NCBI GenBank assembly: GCA_025699005.1
Contig: JAILWI010000001.1
Span: forward strand, 780,908-844,907
Direction of reading: 5' to 3'
Length of the DNA stretch: 64,000 bases
DNA from: Chloroflexota bacterium
GTDB lineage: Bacteria; Chloroflexota; Limnocylindria; QHBO01
Both the position numbers and the translations under genes were made by a program. This document shows positions 36,888-46,568 of the stretch, in pieces. The stretch's first letter is position 1; each line of letters starts with the position of its first letter. A model generated the notes under the pieces. It was not told the DNA's origin. It saw only the letters and a program-made list of their open reading frames with translations, and searched no databases.

Positions 36888-37736
36888 ATGCGGATCTACA
36901 TCTCCGTCGACATGGAGGGCCTGGCGGGCGTCGCTCATCCCCACCAGGTGACGTTCGGGCCGAACGGTCCGGACCGGGCGGACTACGACCGCAGCCGGGC
37001 GCTCATGGCAGGTGAGGCGAACGCGGCCATCGCCGCCGCCTTCGATGCCGGCGCGGACGAGGTCGTCGTCAACGACAGCCACTGGTCGATGCGGAACCTG
37101 AGGGCCGAGGATCTCGACCCTCGCGCGCGCCTGATCGTCGGGGACAAGCCGCTCAGCATGACCCAGGGCATCGGCGAAGCCGGCGACGGTGCGTTCGATG
37201 CCGCGTGCTTCATCGGCTACCACGCGGGTGCCGGCCACCCGACCGGCGTGATCGCGCACACCTACTCCTCGGCGACGATCATGGAGGTGAGGGTGAACGG
37301 CGTGCCGCACAACGAGGCCGGCCTCAATGCCATGCGGGTCGGCCATCACGGCGTGCCGGTGGCCCTCGTGGCCGGCGACGATGCGCTCGCGGGCGAGGTC
37401 GAGCTCCTGCTCCCGTGGGCCGAGCGAGTCGTCGTGAAGCGCGCGCTCGGTTACTCCCTCGCCGAGTCGCTGAGCCCGGAGGCCGCCCGCCAGGCCATCG
37501 GCGAAGGCGTGCAACGCGCGCTCGACCGCCTGGACGAGCTGCGTCTCCTCGAGCCGGCGCTGCCGGCCGTCGTCGAGGTCGACTTCCGGTTCCCCGCGCA
37601 CGCTGCCTTCGCCGCGGTCCTGCCCGGCGCGGAGCGCTCCGGTCCGCGCAGCGTGCGCATCGAGGCGGAGGACGGCGAGGCGGCGTTCCGGCGTTTCCTC
37701 GCGCTCCACCGCATGGCCGCCGCCTCGGGTCTCTGA
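36888..37736 (+). CDS. dppA: M55 family D-aminopeptidase
   Basis: ISVDMEG, VNDSH, GYHA, AHTY, NEAG metal-binding motifs. Confidence 0.93.
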   Translation: MRIYISVDMEGLAGVAHPHQVTFGPNGPDRADYDRSRALMAGEANAAIAAAFDAGADEVVVNDSHWSMRNLRAEDLDPRARLIVGDKPLSMTQGIGEAGDGAFDAACFIGYHAGAGHPTGVIAHTYSSATIMEVRVNGVPHNEAGLNAMRVGHHGVPVALVAGDDALAGEVELLLPWAERVVVKRALGYSLAESLSPEAARQAIGEGVQRALDRLDELRLLEPALPAVVEVDFRFPAHAAFAAVLPGAERSGPRSVRIEAEDGEAAFRRFLALHRMAAASGL

Positions 37737-37741
37737 TCGGC

Positions 37742-38239
37742 ATGGACGAGGTCGAGCGACGCCGGCTCCGCGACCTCATGGCGCGCTTCGCCACCGGTGT
37801 CAGCGTCGTGGCCGCTCGTCACGGCCCGTTGCTGGCCGGGATGACGGCGAACGCCGTCGCATCGATCAGCATCGACCCGCCGCTCATGATGGCGAGCGTC
37901 GCCCGCAAGGCCGAGACGCACGGCGCGATCATCGGCTCACACGCCTTCGCCATCAGCATCCTGGCCGATGACCAGCAGGACCTGGCCGAGTGCTTCGCTC
38001 GGCCCACGACCGCGGAGAAGCTCACCGGGTTCTGCGGCGCGTCCTGGGAGGAGGCCGAGACGGGCTCGCCCGTGCTCGAGGGGGCGCTGGCCTTTTTCGA
38101 CTGCAGGCTCACGGCACGCCACGACGGCGGAGATCACACGATCTTCATCGGCGAGATCGTGGCGGCCGGGTATCGCGAGGATGCCGAGCCGCTGCTGTGG
38201 TACGCCTCCGCCTACCGCCGCTTCGAGGCCTCGAGCTGA
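37742..38239 (+). CDS. Flavin reductase family protein
   Basis: RFATGVSVV, GMTANA..S.S.DPPL, GDHTIFIGEI. Confidence 0.93.
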   Translation: MDEVERRRLRDLMARFATGVSVVAARHGPLLAGMTANAVASISIDPPLMMASVARKAETHGAIIGSHAFAISILADDQQDLAECFARPTTAEKLTGFCGASWEEAETGSPVLEGALAFFDCRLTARHDGGDHTIFIGEIVAAGYREDAEPLLWYASAYRRFEASS

Positions 38240-38243
38240 TCGC

Positions 38244-39842
38244 TCACGCGCCCGATGCGCGGGTCCGGTCGCCGAGGATCTGACCGGCCGCCAGCCGGCC
38301 GGGCGCGCCCATGACGCAGCCACCCGGATGCGTTCCCGAGCCGCACTGGTAGTAGCCGGCGATCGGCGTCCGGTACTGGGACCAGCCGGGCGCGGGCCGG
38401 AAGAAGAACATCTGCGGCGCAAGGAACTCGCCGGCGAAGATGTTGCCCTCCGACAGGCCGACGGTGCGCTCGATGTCGAGCGGTGTCTGGACCTCGCGCT
38501 GGAGGACCAGGGCCCCGAACCCGGGGAAGTGGCTCTCGAGCGTGGCCTGCACCCGGTCGGCCATCGGCTCACGCTGCGCCTCCCAGTCGCTCTCGCGGAG
38601 CTCGTACGGGGTGTACTGCACGAAGCACGACAGCACGTGCTTGCCGGGCGGTGCCATGTCGGGGTCGATCGTCGACTGGATCGCGCAGTCGATGTAGGGG
38701 TGCTCGCTGTACCAGCCGTACTTGGCATCGTCGAAGGCGCGCTCGAGGTAGTCCATCGACGGGCCGATGTTCATGAAGCCGCGATACAGGTCGGGCCGCG
38801 CGCCGAGCACCGGATGCGTCGGGAGCTCGTCGAGCGCGAAGTTCACCTTCGAGCTCACGCCACGGAACTTCAGGCGCCGGATGTCCTCGACGAGGTCGTC
38901 GGGCAGCTCGCGCGGCTCGACGAGCTCGAGGAATGTCCGGCGGGGGTCGAGCGCGCTGACGACCACCTCGGCGGCGATCTCGGTCCCGTCTGCCAGGGCG
39001 ACCCCGGTCGCCTCACCGTCGCGCGTCAGCACGCGCTCGACGGGGGCCTCGAGCCGGATCTCCGCGCCGAACGCCTCCGCGGCCCGGGCCAGCACCTGGG
39101 TGAAGCCGCCGTTGCCGCCCTTGTGGAACGCCCAGGCCCCGAACTCGCCGTCGTGCTCGCCCAGGGAGTGGAACAGCAGGACCAGGCCGCTCCCCTGTGA
39201 GCGCGGGCCGACCTTGGAGCCGATGATCGACGAGGAGGCGAGGTAGCCCTTGAGCAGCGGAGACTCGAAGTAGTCGTCGAGGAAGTCCGCGGCGCTGCCG
39301 GTGAGGAGCCGAACGGCGTTGTGCAGCGTGCGCTTGTCGAGCCCGCGCAGCCGTGAACCGAGCGCGGCCATCGCCACGAGCTCCTCGGGATCGTCGCTGA
39401 AGAGGTTCGGCGGCACGCTGTCGAGCAGCGGCTTGACCGCCTGGCAGACGCGATCGAGGTCGTGGCTGTACTGCTCGTACGCATCGGCGTCGTGGGGTGA
39501 GAGGCGAGCGATCTCGCGCAGCGTCTCGTCGTGGTCGCGGTTGAAGAGCAGGTACTCGCCGTCCTCGCCGGGAGCGAATCGCGTCGACATGAGCAGCGGG
39601 AGGAAGCCGTGCTTCGTGAGCTCGAGCTCCTGGATGATCTGCGGCCGCAGGAGCGACAGCGCGTAGCTGAAGGTGGTGAACTGGAAGCCCGGGCGCAGCT
39701 CCTCGGTGATCGCCGCGCCCCCGACCATCGGCCGGCGCTCGAGGATGAGCGTCTTCAGCCCCGCCCGGGCCAGGTAGGCACCGTTGACGAGGCCGTTGTG
39801 CCCGCCGCCAACCACGATCGCGTCGTATCGGTCCATGCTCAT
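38244..39842 (-). CDS. Phytoene-dehydrogenase-like (COG1233) FAD-dependent oxidoreductase
   Basis: VGGGHNGL, ERR..VGGAA.TEE, DP.MAPPGKH, TP.DIER..GL..GNIF, YQCGSGTHPGG.V.GAPG. Confidence 0.88.
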   Translation of the reverse strand: MSMDRYDAIVVGGGHNGLVNGAYLARAGLKTLILERRPMVGGAAITEELRPGFQFTTFSYALSLLRPQIIQELELTKHGFLPLLMSTRFAPGEDGEYLLFNRDHDETLREIARLSPHDADAYEQYSHDLDRVCQAVKPLLDSVPPNLFSDDPEELVAMAALGSRLRGLDKRTLHNAVRLLTGSAADFLDDYFESPLLKGYLASSSIIGSKVGPRSQGSGLVLLFHSLGEHDGEFGAWAFHKGGNGGFTQVLARAAEAFGAEIRLEAPVERVLTRDGEATGVALADGTEIAAEVVVSALDPRRTFLELVEPRELPDDLVEDIRRLKFRGVSSKVNFALDELPTHPVLGARPDLYRGFMNIGPSMDYLERAFDDAKYGWYSEHPYIDCAIQSTIDPDMAPPGKHVLSCFVQYTPYELRESDWEAQREPMADRVQATLESHFPGFGALVLQREVQTPLDIERTVGLSEGNIFAGEFLAPQMFFFRPAPGWSQYRTPIAGYYQCGSGTHPGGCVMGAPGRLAAGQILGDRTRASGA

Positions 39843-39849
39843 CGGTCCT

Positions 39850-41049
39850 TCAGGCTGTCTTGCGTGGCGGGTTGTAAAGCGGGAGGCGGGCGACGTGCGC
39901 CGCCACCTGCTCGTAATGGTGGTCCACCGTGAACTCGAGGAAGACGCGCGTGCCGGGCTTCGCCAGGTCGGGTCGCACCCGCGCCATCGCGATGTGCCGC
40001 TGGAGCACGGGCGAGTACATGATGCTCGTCGCGTAGCCCACGCGAGACCGATCGGCGTCGTAGACCATCCAGTCCTCGTGGACCGGGCGATGATCCTTGG
40101 GCGGGATCAGGCCGGCGCTGCTGTACACCCGGTCGTAGTCCTCCCAGTCGACCACCAGGCCGACCATCCTCCAGCGCGACGTCTTCTCGGCTCGCTCGCG
40201 CTCGAGCGCCCGGCGGCCGATGAACGGGCGGTCGTCGTCCTCGAGCCCCTTGAACATCCACGCCCAGCCGAGCTCGAGCGGCGTGGACCGGTGCGCGTCG
40301 TTGAACGCGAAGCGGCTCGAGTCGAAGTCGGCGCCGAGCAGGAGCAGGCCGGCCTCGATGCGAAGCATGTAGAGCGCGTCCATGCCGTACGCGAGCACCC
40401 CGTACCCCTCCGCCGCGTCCCATACGCCATCCCACACGGCAACGGCGTCGGGGGCCTCGACCCAGACCTCGTAGCCGAGGTCGCCGGTGTATCCGGTGCG
40501 CGTCACCGTCACTGGCCGCCCCGCGATGGTGCCGGAAGTGATCCCGAAGAACGGCAGCTCGCCGACCGATGGAACGAGGCGAGACAGGAGCTCGCGTGAG
40601 CGAGGACCCTGGACCGCCAGCGCGCCGATGTCGAGGCTGACCTCCTCGATCGTCACCGCCAGCCGGCCCACGCGATCCGCGAACCAGGCGAGATTCGGCT
40701 CGGCGCAGGTGAGGAGGAACTCGTCCGGCGCGCGATGCTGGATCACCCCGTCCTCCAGCACGAACCCGCGATCGTCCAGCCAGGTCGTGTACTGGGCGAG
40801 CCCGGGCGGGCAGGTCCGGATGTCGCGTGCCAGCATCCCGGACAGGAACCGCTCGCTGTCACGTCCGGCGATCCGATACTTGTAGAGCGGCGACGTGTCG
40901 AAGATGCCGGCGCTGTTGCGGACGGCGAAGTACTCGAACTTGTCCGATGCCTGGTATCGGGTCGCCACGAGATGCCCGGACCAGTGCTGCCACAGGCCGG
41001 TCTCGTTCAGCGCGCTGGTCCGTTCATGGAACGGCGTGGTCCGGATCAT
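39850..41049 (-). CDS. GcvT-like aminomethyltransferase/THF-dependent demethylase family protein
   Basis: EYFAVRNSAGIFDTSPL.KY, G.VLEDG, AVQGP.S, RTGYTGDLGYE, LRIEAGL. Confidence 0.9.
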   Translation of the reverse strand: MIRTTPFHERTSALNETGLWQHWSGHLVATRYQASDKFEYFAVRNSAGIFDTSPLYKYRIAGRDSERFLSGMLARDIRTCPPGLAQYTTWLDDRGFVLEDGVIQHRAPDEFLLTCAEPNLAWFADRVGRLAVTIEEVSLDIGALAVQGPRSRELLSRLVPSVGELPFFGITSGTIAGRPVTVTRTGYTGDLGYEVWVEAPDAVAVWDGVWDAAEGYGVLAYGMDALYMLRIEAGLLLLGADFDSSRFAFNDAHRSTPLELGWAWMFKGLEDDDRPFIGRRALERERAEKTSRWRMVGLVVDWEDYDRVYSSAGLIPPKDHRPVHEDWMVYDADRSRVGYATSIMYSPVLQRHIAMARVRPDLAKPGTRVFLEFTVDHHYEQVAAHVARLPLYNPPRKTA

Positions 41050-41119
41050 CGGTGCTCGGGTATGGCCTCCGTCACGGTCGGGCCGAGAGCATATCGGCTG
41101 CGCGCGACGGAGGAGAGAC

Positions 41120-41494
41120 TCAGGACGCGGCGCGCTGGAGCTCGCCCTCGACGGCGGCCACGAGATCGTTGAAGTCGAAGGGCTTGCGGACCACGGGCGC
41201 GAGGGCGGACAGCCGGTCGGCCTCCTCGTCGTCGATGGCCGTCACGAAGAGCACGGGAATGTCGCGGTACTGCGGCCGCTCGCGCAGCGAGTGAAGGATG
41301 GTCGAGCCGAACTCGTCCGGCAGTCTCTGGTCGAGCAGGAGGAGGTCCGGCATCGCTCCCTCCTCGACGAGGGCCAGGTACAGCTCTTCTGCGTTGCCGA
41401 AGCCTCGGACGGTGTAGCCGACCTCCGTCAGGACAGCCAGGACCGCGGTGCGGATCAGGGGCTCGTCATCGACGATCCAGACGGTGTGCGCCAT
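41120..41494 (-). CDS. Single-domain response regulator (CheY-like)
   Basis: IVDDE, LLLLD, FVTA, RKPF. Confidence 0.9.
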   Translation of the reverse strand: MAHTVWIVDDEPLIRTAVLAVLTEVGYTVRGFGNAEELYLALVEEGAMPDLLLLDQRLPDEFGSTILHSLRERPQYRDIPVLFVTAIDDEEADRLSALAPVVRKPFDFNDLVAAVEGELQRAAS

Positions 41495-41510
41495 GTGTCG
41501 CTCTCCTTCG

Positions 41511-42821
41511 TCAGGCTCCGATGGCCTCGAGCGACTCCCCGATCACCCGGAGCGCAAGGTCCACCTCGTCGTCGGTGGTCACGAGCGGCGGAATGATACG
41601 CACCGCCTGCCCGTACGTGCCGCACGTCAGGAGCAGCACGTTCCTTGCCATGGCCGCGGCGATGAGCGCCTTCGCCAGGTCGGGCCGCGGCGTCACTGCG
41701 CCGGGCTCCGTGAACTCGATGGCCAGCATGCAGCCGCGGCCTCGCACTTCTGCGACGTGCGGGTGCCGCTCGGCGGTGGCACGCAGCTCGGACAGCATCC
41801 GGTCGCCGACCACACCGGCCCGCTCCGGGAGCCGTTCGTCATCCATCACATCGAGCGTCGCGAGCGCCGCGGCACAGGCCACGGCATTCCCGCCGTACGT
41901 GCCGCCGTGCGACCCGGGCAGGAGCTTCTCGAGGAGCTGTCGCGGCGCGAGGATCCCGGAGAGCGGGAGGCCGGACGCGATGCCCTTGGCCATGATCACG
42001 ATGTCCGGCCGCGCGTCCGACCATTCCGTCGCGAAGAAGCGGCCGGTGCGACCGTAGCCCGACTGCACCTCGTCCACGGCGAGAAGGATCCCGTGCCGGT
42101 CGGCGACCTCGCGGAGCGCCGCCAGGAAGCCCTCCGGAGGCACGACATACCCGCCCTCACCGAGGACCGGCTCGACCACGACCGCCGCCACGTCCTCCGG
42201 CGCGACGACGGTCGCGAACAGTTCGTCGATCGCCGCCATCGTCGTGGCGAGGGCAGCCGTCTCGCCGCCCATGCGAAGTGGATACGGATACGGGGCCACG
42301 TGGATGCCGGGGAGCAGGGGATCGAAGTGCGAGCGGTACTTCACGCTCGAGGTCGTGAGCGACATCGCTCCGTGGGTGCGGCCGTGGAAACCGCCGCGGA
42401 ACACGAGGAACGCGGTCCGGCCGGTCGCGATCTTCGCCAGCTTCATCGTGGCCTCGACCGCCTCGGCACCCGAGTTCGACAGGAAGAGGCCGATCTCGGT
42501 GCCCGGGTCCGCGTTCGGGAAGCGCTGCGGCAGCCGTCGGTGAAGCTCGAGGCCGGGCTGGTGATAGACGATGTTCTGCTGGAGGTGGATGCCGCGTGCG
42601 GCCTGCTCCGCGATCGCGGCGACGACCCGCGGGTGGGCATGCCCGGTGTTCGTCACGCCGATGCCGCAGGTGTAGTCGAGATACCGCTCACCCTCGGGTG
42701 TCTCGAGCCACGAGCCTGAGGCGCGTTCGACGACCAGGTCGGTGTACCGCGCCCACACGGGCGGGACGCCCGTGCGCAGCGCGTTCCAGTCGGTCAGAAC
42801 GTCGGTGGAGTGTTGATCCAT
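41511..42821 (-). CDS. Class III PLP aminotransferase (4-aminobutyrate/diamine transaminase-like)
   Basis: NSGAEAVE, GFHGRT, EPVLGEGG, DEVQSG.GRTG, MAKGIASG, HGGTYGGN. Confidence 0.9.
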   Translation of the reverse strand: MDQHSTDVLTDWNALRTGVPPVWARYTDLVVERASGSWLETPEGERYLDYTCGIGVTNTGHAHPRVVAAIAEQAARGIHLQQNIVYHQPGLELHRRLPQRFPNADPGTEIGLFLSNSGAEAVEATMKLAKIATGRTAFLVFRGGFHGRTHGAMSLTTSSVKYRSHFDPLLPGIHVAPYPYPLRMGGETAALATTMAAIDELFATVVAPEDVAAVVVEPVLGEGGYVVPPEGFLAALREVADRHGILLAVDEVQSGYGRTGRFFATEWSDARPDIVIMAKGIASGLPLSGILAPRQLLEKLLPGSHGGTYGGNAVACAAALATLDVMDDERLPERAGVVGDRMLSELRATAERHPHVAEVRGRGCMLAIEFTEPGAVTPRPDLAKALIAAAMARNVLLLTCGTYGQAVRIIPPLVTTDDEVDLALRVIGESLEAIGA

Positions 42822-43576
42822 AGCAGTCGAGACTCTCCTGCGGCGTCGTTGCGCCAGCGGTGCGGCATGGTGGACGGGAAGCTGAGGGCATCGCCCTCGT
42901 TCGTGAGCCGATGACACTCTCGATCGCCGACCCAGACGGTCACGGCGCCGGAGAGCAGGTAGAGGAACTCCTCCCCCTCGTGGGCGTAGGCACCGTCACT
43001 CGTGGCGCCAGGGCCGAGCACGAAGAGCTGGGGCTCGAGCTGCGTCGCGTCGCGGGCGAGCTGCTCGATGCGCACGTCGCCGCCGGCGAGGTCGAGCACC
43101 GTGCGGGCGTCGGCACGCACCACGCGCTCGGCCGGCGACGCCTTGCCGCCGCCGAACAGGTGGAGCATCGTCGTGCCGTACGCAGCCGTCAGGCGCTGGA
43201 GCGTTGCGACGCTCGCGCCGGAGACGCCGCGCTCGAGCGCGGACAGGAAGCTGACCGACAGCCCGGAGCGGCTCGCCGCCTCTCGGAGGCTGAGCCGGCT
43301 CCGCGTGCGCAATCGACGGAGCATCCGGCCGTCGACCGTGCCGTCTTGGTGCCCGCTGCCGAGCCGCTCGCCGAGCATCCGGCGAATTCCCGGCGCGTTG
43401 ACCTGCTCCTCCTGGCGCATGCGGCGCACGTCGCGCAGGTGCTCGATGTCCGCATCGGAGTAGAGCCGATAGCGTCCCTCGGATCGCGAGGGCCGAACGA
43501 GCCCCTGTCGTTCCCACAGCCTGAGGGCCGAGGGGCTGACGCCGACCTGTCGAGCGGCCTCGCCGATGCGGTGCAT
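42794..43576 (-). CDS. MerR-HTH, XRE-HTH and cupin transcriptional regulator
   Basis: IGEAA..VGVS.SALR.WE..GL..P.R..GRYRLYS; LRRLR...LSLR.AA..SGLS.SFLS.LERG; HEGEEF..F.ST.PH.WRN. Confidence 0.88.
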   Translation of the reverse strand: MHRIGEAARQVGVSPSALRLWERQGLVRPSRSEGRYRLYSDADIEHLRDVRRMRQEEQVNAPGIRRMLGERLGSGHQDGTVDGRMLRRLRTRSRLSLREAASRSGLSVSFLSALERGVSGASVATLQRLTAAYGTTMLHLFGGGKASPAERVVRADARTVLDLAGGDVRIEQLARDATQLEPQLFVLGPGATSDGAYAHEGEEFLYLLSGAVTVWVGDRECHRLTNEGDALSFPSTMPHRWRNDAAGESRLLWINTPPTF

Positions 43577-44430
43577 CAGCGCTCCAGCGTGGTGGGGCGC
43601 GCGCTCATGTCGCGTCGCTGGAGGTAGACCCACAGGACGATGCCGACGATCGCGATGAGGAAGATGATCGTGCCCATCACGTTGACCTGCGGCGGGACGC
43701 CGATGCGGGAGGCGCCGTAGACCCACAGCGGGAAGGTGAGCGTCTGGGCCCCGGCCGTGAACTGGGTGATCACGAAGTCGTCGATCGACAGCGCGAACGC
43801 CAGGAGCCCGGCGGCCAGGATGCCCGGGAAGATGAGAGGCAGCGTGATCTTGCGGAACGTCGTCCACTCGTCGGCGCCGAGGTCCATGGCGGCCTCCTCG
43901 AGATGCCGGTCGAAGCCGGCGATCCGGGCGCGGACCGTGACCACCACGAAGCTGACGTTGAACATGATGTGGGCCACGATGATCGTGGCGAGTCCCAGCG
44001 GCGCGGCGACCGAGACGAAGAGCGCGAGGAGCGAGGCCCCGAGGACGATCTCCGGCGTCGCGATCGGCAGGAAGATCAGGAGGTTCAGCGGCCCGCGGCC
44101 GCGGAACTCGTAGCGCGTCAGCGCCAGGCCGATGAGCGTGCCGAGGGTCGTCGCCACCACGGTGGCCACGACCGCCACGGTCAGGCTGTTGATCAGTGCC
44201 TGGTTCAGCGCGGGGTAGCGGCCGAAGACGTTGCCCCAGTGCTCGAGCGTGAAGCCCTGCCACGCGAAGTTGAAGCGCCCCTGGATGTCGTTGAAGCCGA
44301 AGAGGATCATCACCAGGATCGGCAGCGACAGGTAGGCCACCACCAGGCCGGTGTAGGCCGGGAGGATGGCGCGGCGGACCCGCTGCCCGGCGGGGCGGGT
44401 GCGGTCGGGCAGGGGAGCGGCGTGCGCCAT
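43576..44430 (-). CDS. potC: Spermidine/putrescine ABC permease II
   Basis: WQGFTL.W, TPEIV.G, LEEAAMDLGA EAA loop, FALSIDDF. Confidence 0.85.
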   Translation of the reverse strand: MAHAAPLPDRTRPAGQRVRRAILPAYTGLVVAYLSLPILVMILFGFNDIQGRFNFAWQGFTLEHWGNVFGRYPALNQALINSLTVAVVATVVATTLGTLIGLALTRYEFRGRGPLNLLIFLPIATPEIVLGASLLALFVSVAAPLGLATIIVAHIMFNVSFVVVTVRARIAGFDRHLEEAAMDLGADEWTTFRKITLPLIFPGILAAGLLAFALSIDDFVITQFTAGAQTLTFPLWVYGASRIGVPPQVNVMGTIIFLIAIVGIVLWVYLQRRDMSARPTTLER

Positions 44431-45290
44431 CAGACGGTCAGCTCCTGCCCGCGCAGCAGCCGGATATAGAAGAAGATGCTGACGAGGATGCCCACCATGA
44501 GGATGAGGCTCAGCGCCGCCGCTTCGGGGTAGTCACGGTTCACGAGGAAGAGGCGCTGGATGACGTTGCCGATCATCGTCTCGTTCCGGCTGCCGAGCAG
44601 CTCGGCATTGAGGTAGTCGCCGACGGCGGGGATGAAGCTCAGCAGCGACGCGGCGAAGACGCCTGAGATCGACAGCGGCAGCGTCACGCGCAGGAACGCC
44701 TGGAATCGGCTCGCGTAGAGGTCCGTGGCGGCCTCGATGAGCCGCGGGTCGATCCGTTCCAGTGCCACGTACAGCGGCAGCACGACGAACGGCAGGAAGT
44801 TGTACGTGATCCCGCTGATCACGGCCACCGGCGTCGCGAGCAGCCGGAAGCCCTGGTCGAGCAGACCGATCTCCTTGAGCGTCCCCAGCAGGAAGCCCTG
44901 GTCCGCCAGGATGAACTTCCAGCTGATGGTGCGGATGATGAAGCTCGTGAAGAACGGCAGGATCACGAGCAGCAGGAGGATGTTCTTGTACCGCCCGCCG
45001 CGGAAGGCGATCGTGTAGGCCATCGGATAGCCGATGAGCATGGCCAGCACGGTCACGATCAGGCCGTACTGGAGCGAGCGCAGGAGCTGTGTGTCCCAGC
45101 GCCCGATCGCCTCGGGGAAGATCCCGAAGTTGAACGTGAGGCGGTAGCCGCTGGCGAGCGAGCCTTCCTGGAGCGCGACCGACGCGGTCGTCAGCAGCGG
45201 GACGACGAAGAAGACGATGAGCCAGAGACCGCCGGGCAGCAGGAAGAGATACGGGACGACTCCCTTGTGATGGCGCAGCCAGCCGGGCAT
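44430..45290 (-). CDS. potB: Spermidine/putrescine ABC permease I
   Basis: LPFFTSFIIR, YNFLPF.VLPLY, LIEAA.DL.A, FIPAVGDY. Confidence 0.85.
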   Translation of the reverse strand: MPGWLRHHKGVVPYLFLLPGGLWLIVFFVVPLLTTASVALQEGSLASGYRLTFNFGIFPEAIGRWDTQLLRSLQYGLIVTVLAMLIGYPMAYTIAFRGGRYKNILLLLVILPFFTSFIIRTISWKFILADQGFLLGTLKEIGLLDQGFRLLATPVAVISGITYNFLPFVVLPLYVALERIDPRLIEAATDLYASRFQAFLRVTLPLSISGVFAASLLSFIPAVGDYLNAELLGSRNETMIGNVIQRLFLVNRDYPEAAALSLILMVGILVSIFFYIRLLRGQELTV

Positions 45291-45326
45291 GCGACCCTCC
45301 CTCTCTTCCTGCTGCGGCGGCCGGCG

Positions 45327-46568
45327 TCAGCCCTGGGTGACCTCCTGGAAGAGCTCGGCCCACTGCCGCTCCTCTTCCTCACTGAGGACCTTGTAGCTGT
45401 AGAGGCGTGACAGCATCTCGTCGGTCGGGAAAACGAGCGGCGACTCGGCGACCGCGCGCAGGTACTCCGCGGTCTCGGTGTCCCCGTCCGCTTCCGCCTC
45501 ATCGGCGTGCTGGATCACGATCTCCTGGGCGCCGGGCACCGGGGTGATGTAGTTCACCCACTCGGCGACCTGCGCCGCGACCTCTGGCCGGTACACGTAG
45601 TCCATCATCGCGAGGGCGTCGTTCGGATGCTCCGCGCCCTTCGGAATGGCCATGTTGTCGGTCCACAGGATGGCCCCCTCATCGGGCACCACGAACTGCA
45701 GGTCCGGGTTGTCGAGCTGCAGCTGGAAGACGTCGCCCGACCACGCCATGGTGATCGCCAGGCTGCCGTTGGCGAAGTCGTCGGCGTACTCGTTGCCGTA
45801 GTAGCCGCGCACGCACTCGGCCTGCTCGAGCAGGATCTCCTGCGCCGCCTCGACGTCCTCGATCGTGGCCTCCTCGGGGATCACGCCGTTGTAGAGCAGT
45901 GCCAGGCTGATCACGTCCCGCATCTCGCTGAACATGCCGATCTGGCCGCAGTACTTCTCGATGAACTCCGGGTCGAACAGCTGCGCCAGCGAGGTGATCT
46001 CCTCGTCCACCAGCGCGGGGTTGTAGCCGATGCCGGTGATGCCGGACTGCCACGGGACGCTGTAGAGGTTGTCCGGGTCGTACGAGCGATCCTTGTACTT
46101 GTCGGCGGCGTGCTCCATGAAGTTCGGGATGTCGCGCTCGACGTCGATCTGCTCGAGGTAGCCGAGCTCGATCATGTTGCCGATCATCCAGTCGGTCACG
46201 ACGATGATGTCGTGTCCCGTGTCCTGTCCTGCCTGGAGCTGCGGCTGGATCGTCCCGAAGAAGGAGCTGTTGTCCTGGATCGCCTCGCTGTACGTGACGT
46301 CGATCCCAGTCTCATCCTCGAACTGCTGGATGGTGGGGGAGTTGCCGTCGTCGTCCTGGTCGATGTAGAGCGGCCAGTTCGTGAAGTTCAGAACGCCGGC
46401 GGTCTCGCCGCCTCCGACCGGCTCCCCGCCGCCCGATGCGCCGGCCGTCTCGCCGTTCGAGCCACCCGGCTCGATGCCGCACGCCCCGAGGACGAGAGCC
46501 ATCGTGACCCCCACCGCCGCCATGGCGCGCGCCGGACGCGCGCGCCGCTCCATTTTCATGATCCTCAT
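45327..46568 (-). CDS. potD: Spermidine/putrescine ABC substrate-binding lipoprotein
   Basis: Lipobox VLGAC, NWPLYID, YSVPWQSG.TGI.YN, AWSGD, P.EGA.LW.DN..IP. Confidence 0.85.
   Translation of the reverse strand: MRIMKMERRARPARAMAAVGVTMALVLGACGIEPGGSNGETAGASGGGEPVGGGETAGVLNFTNWPLYIDQDDDGNSPTIQQFEDETGIDVTYSEAIQDNSSFFGTIQPQLQAGQDTGHDIIVVTDWMIGNMIELGYLEQIDVERDIPNFMEHAADKYKDRSYDPDNLYSVPWQSGITGIGYNPALVDEEITSLAQLFDPEFIEKYCGQIGMFSEMRDVISLALLYNGVIPEEATIEDVEAAQEILLEQAECVRGYYGNEYADDFANGSLAITMAWSGDVFQLQLDNPDLQFVVPDEGAILWTDNMAIPKGAEHPNDALAMMDYVYRPEVAAQVAEWVNYITPVPGAQEIVIQHADEAEADGDTETAEYLRAVAESPLVFPTDEMLSRLYSYKVLSEEEERQWAELFQEVTQG

Noticed and set aside
38244-39842. crtI carotenoid desaturase call
   Set aside because: No crtB or crtE nearby; the context with a GcvT-like gene fits the non-carotenoid COG1233 subgroup.
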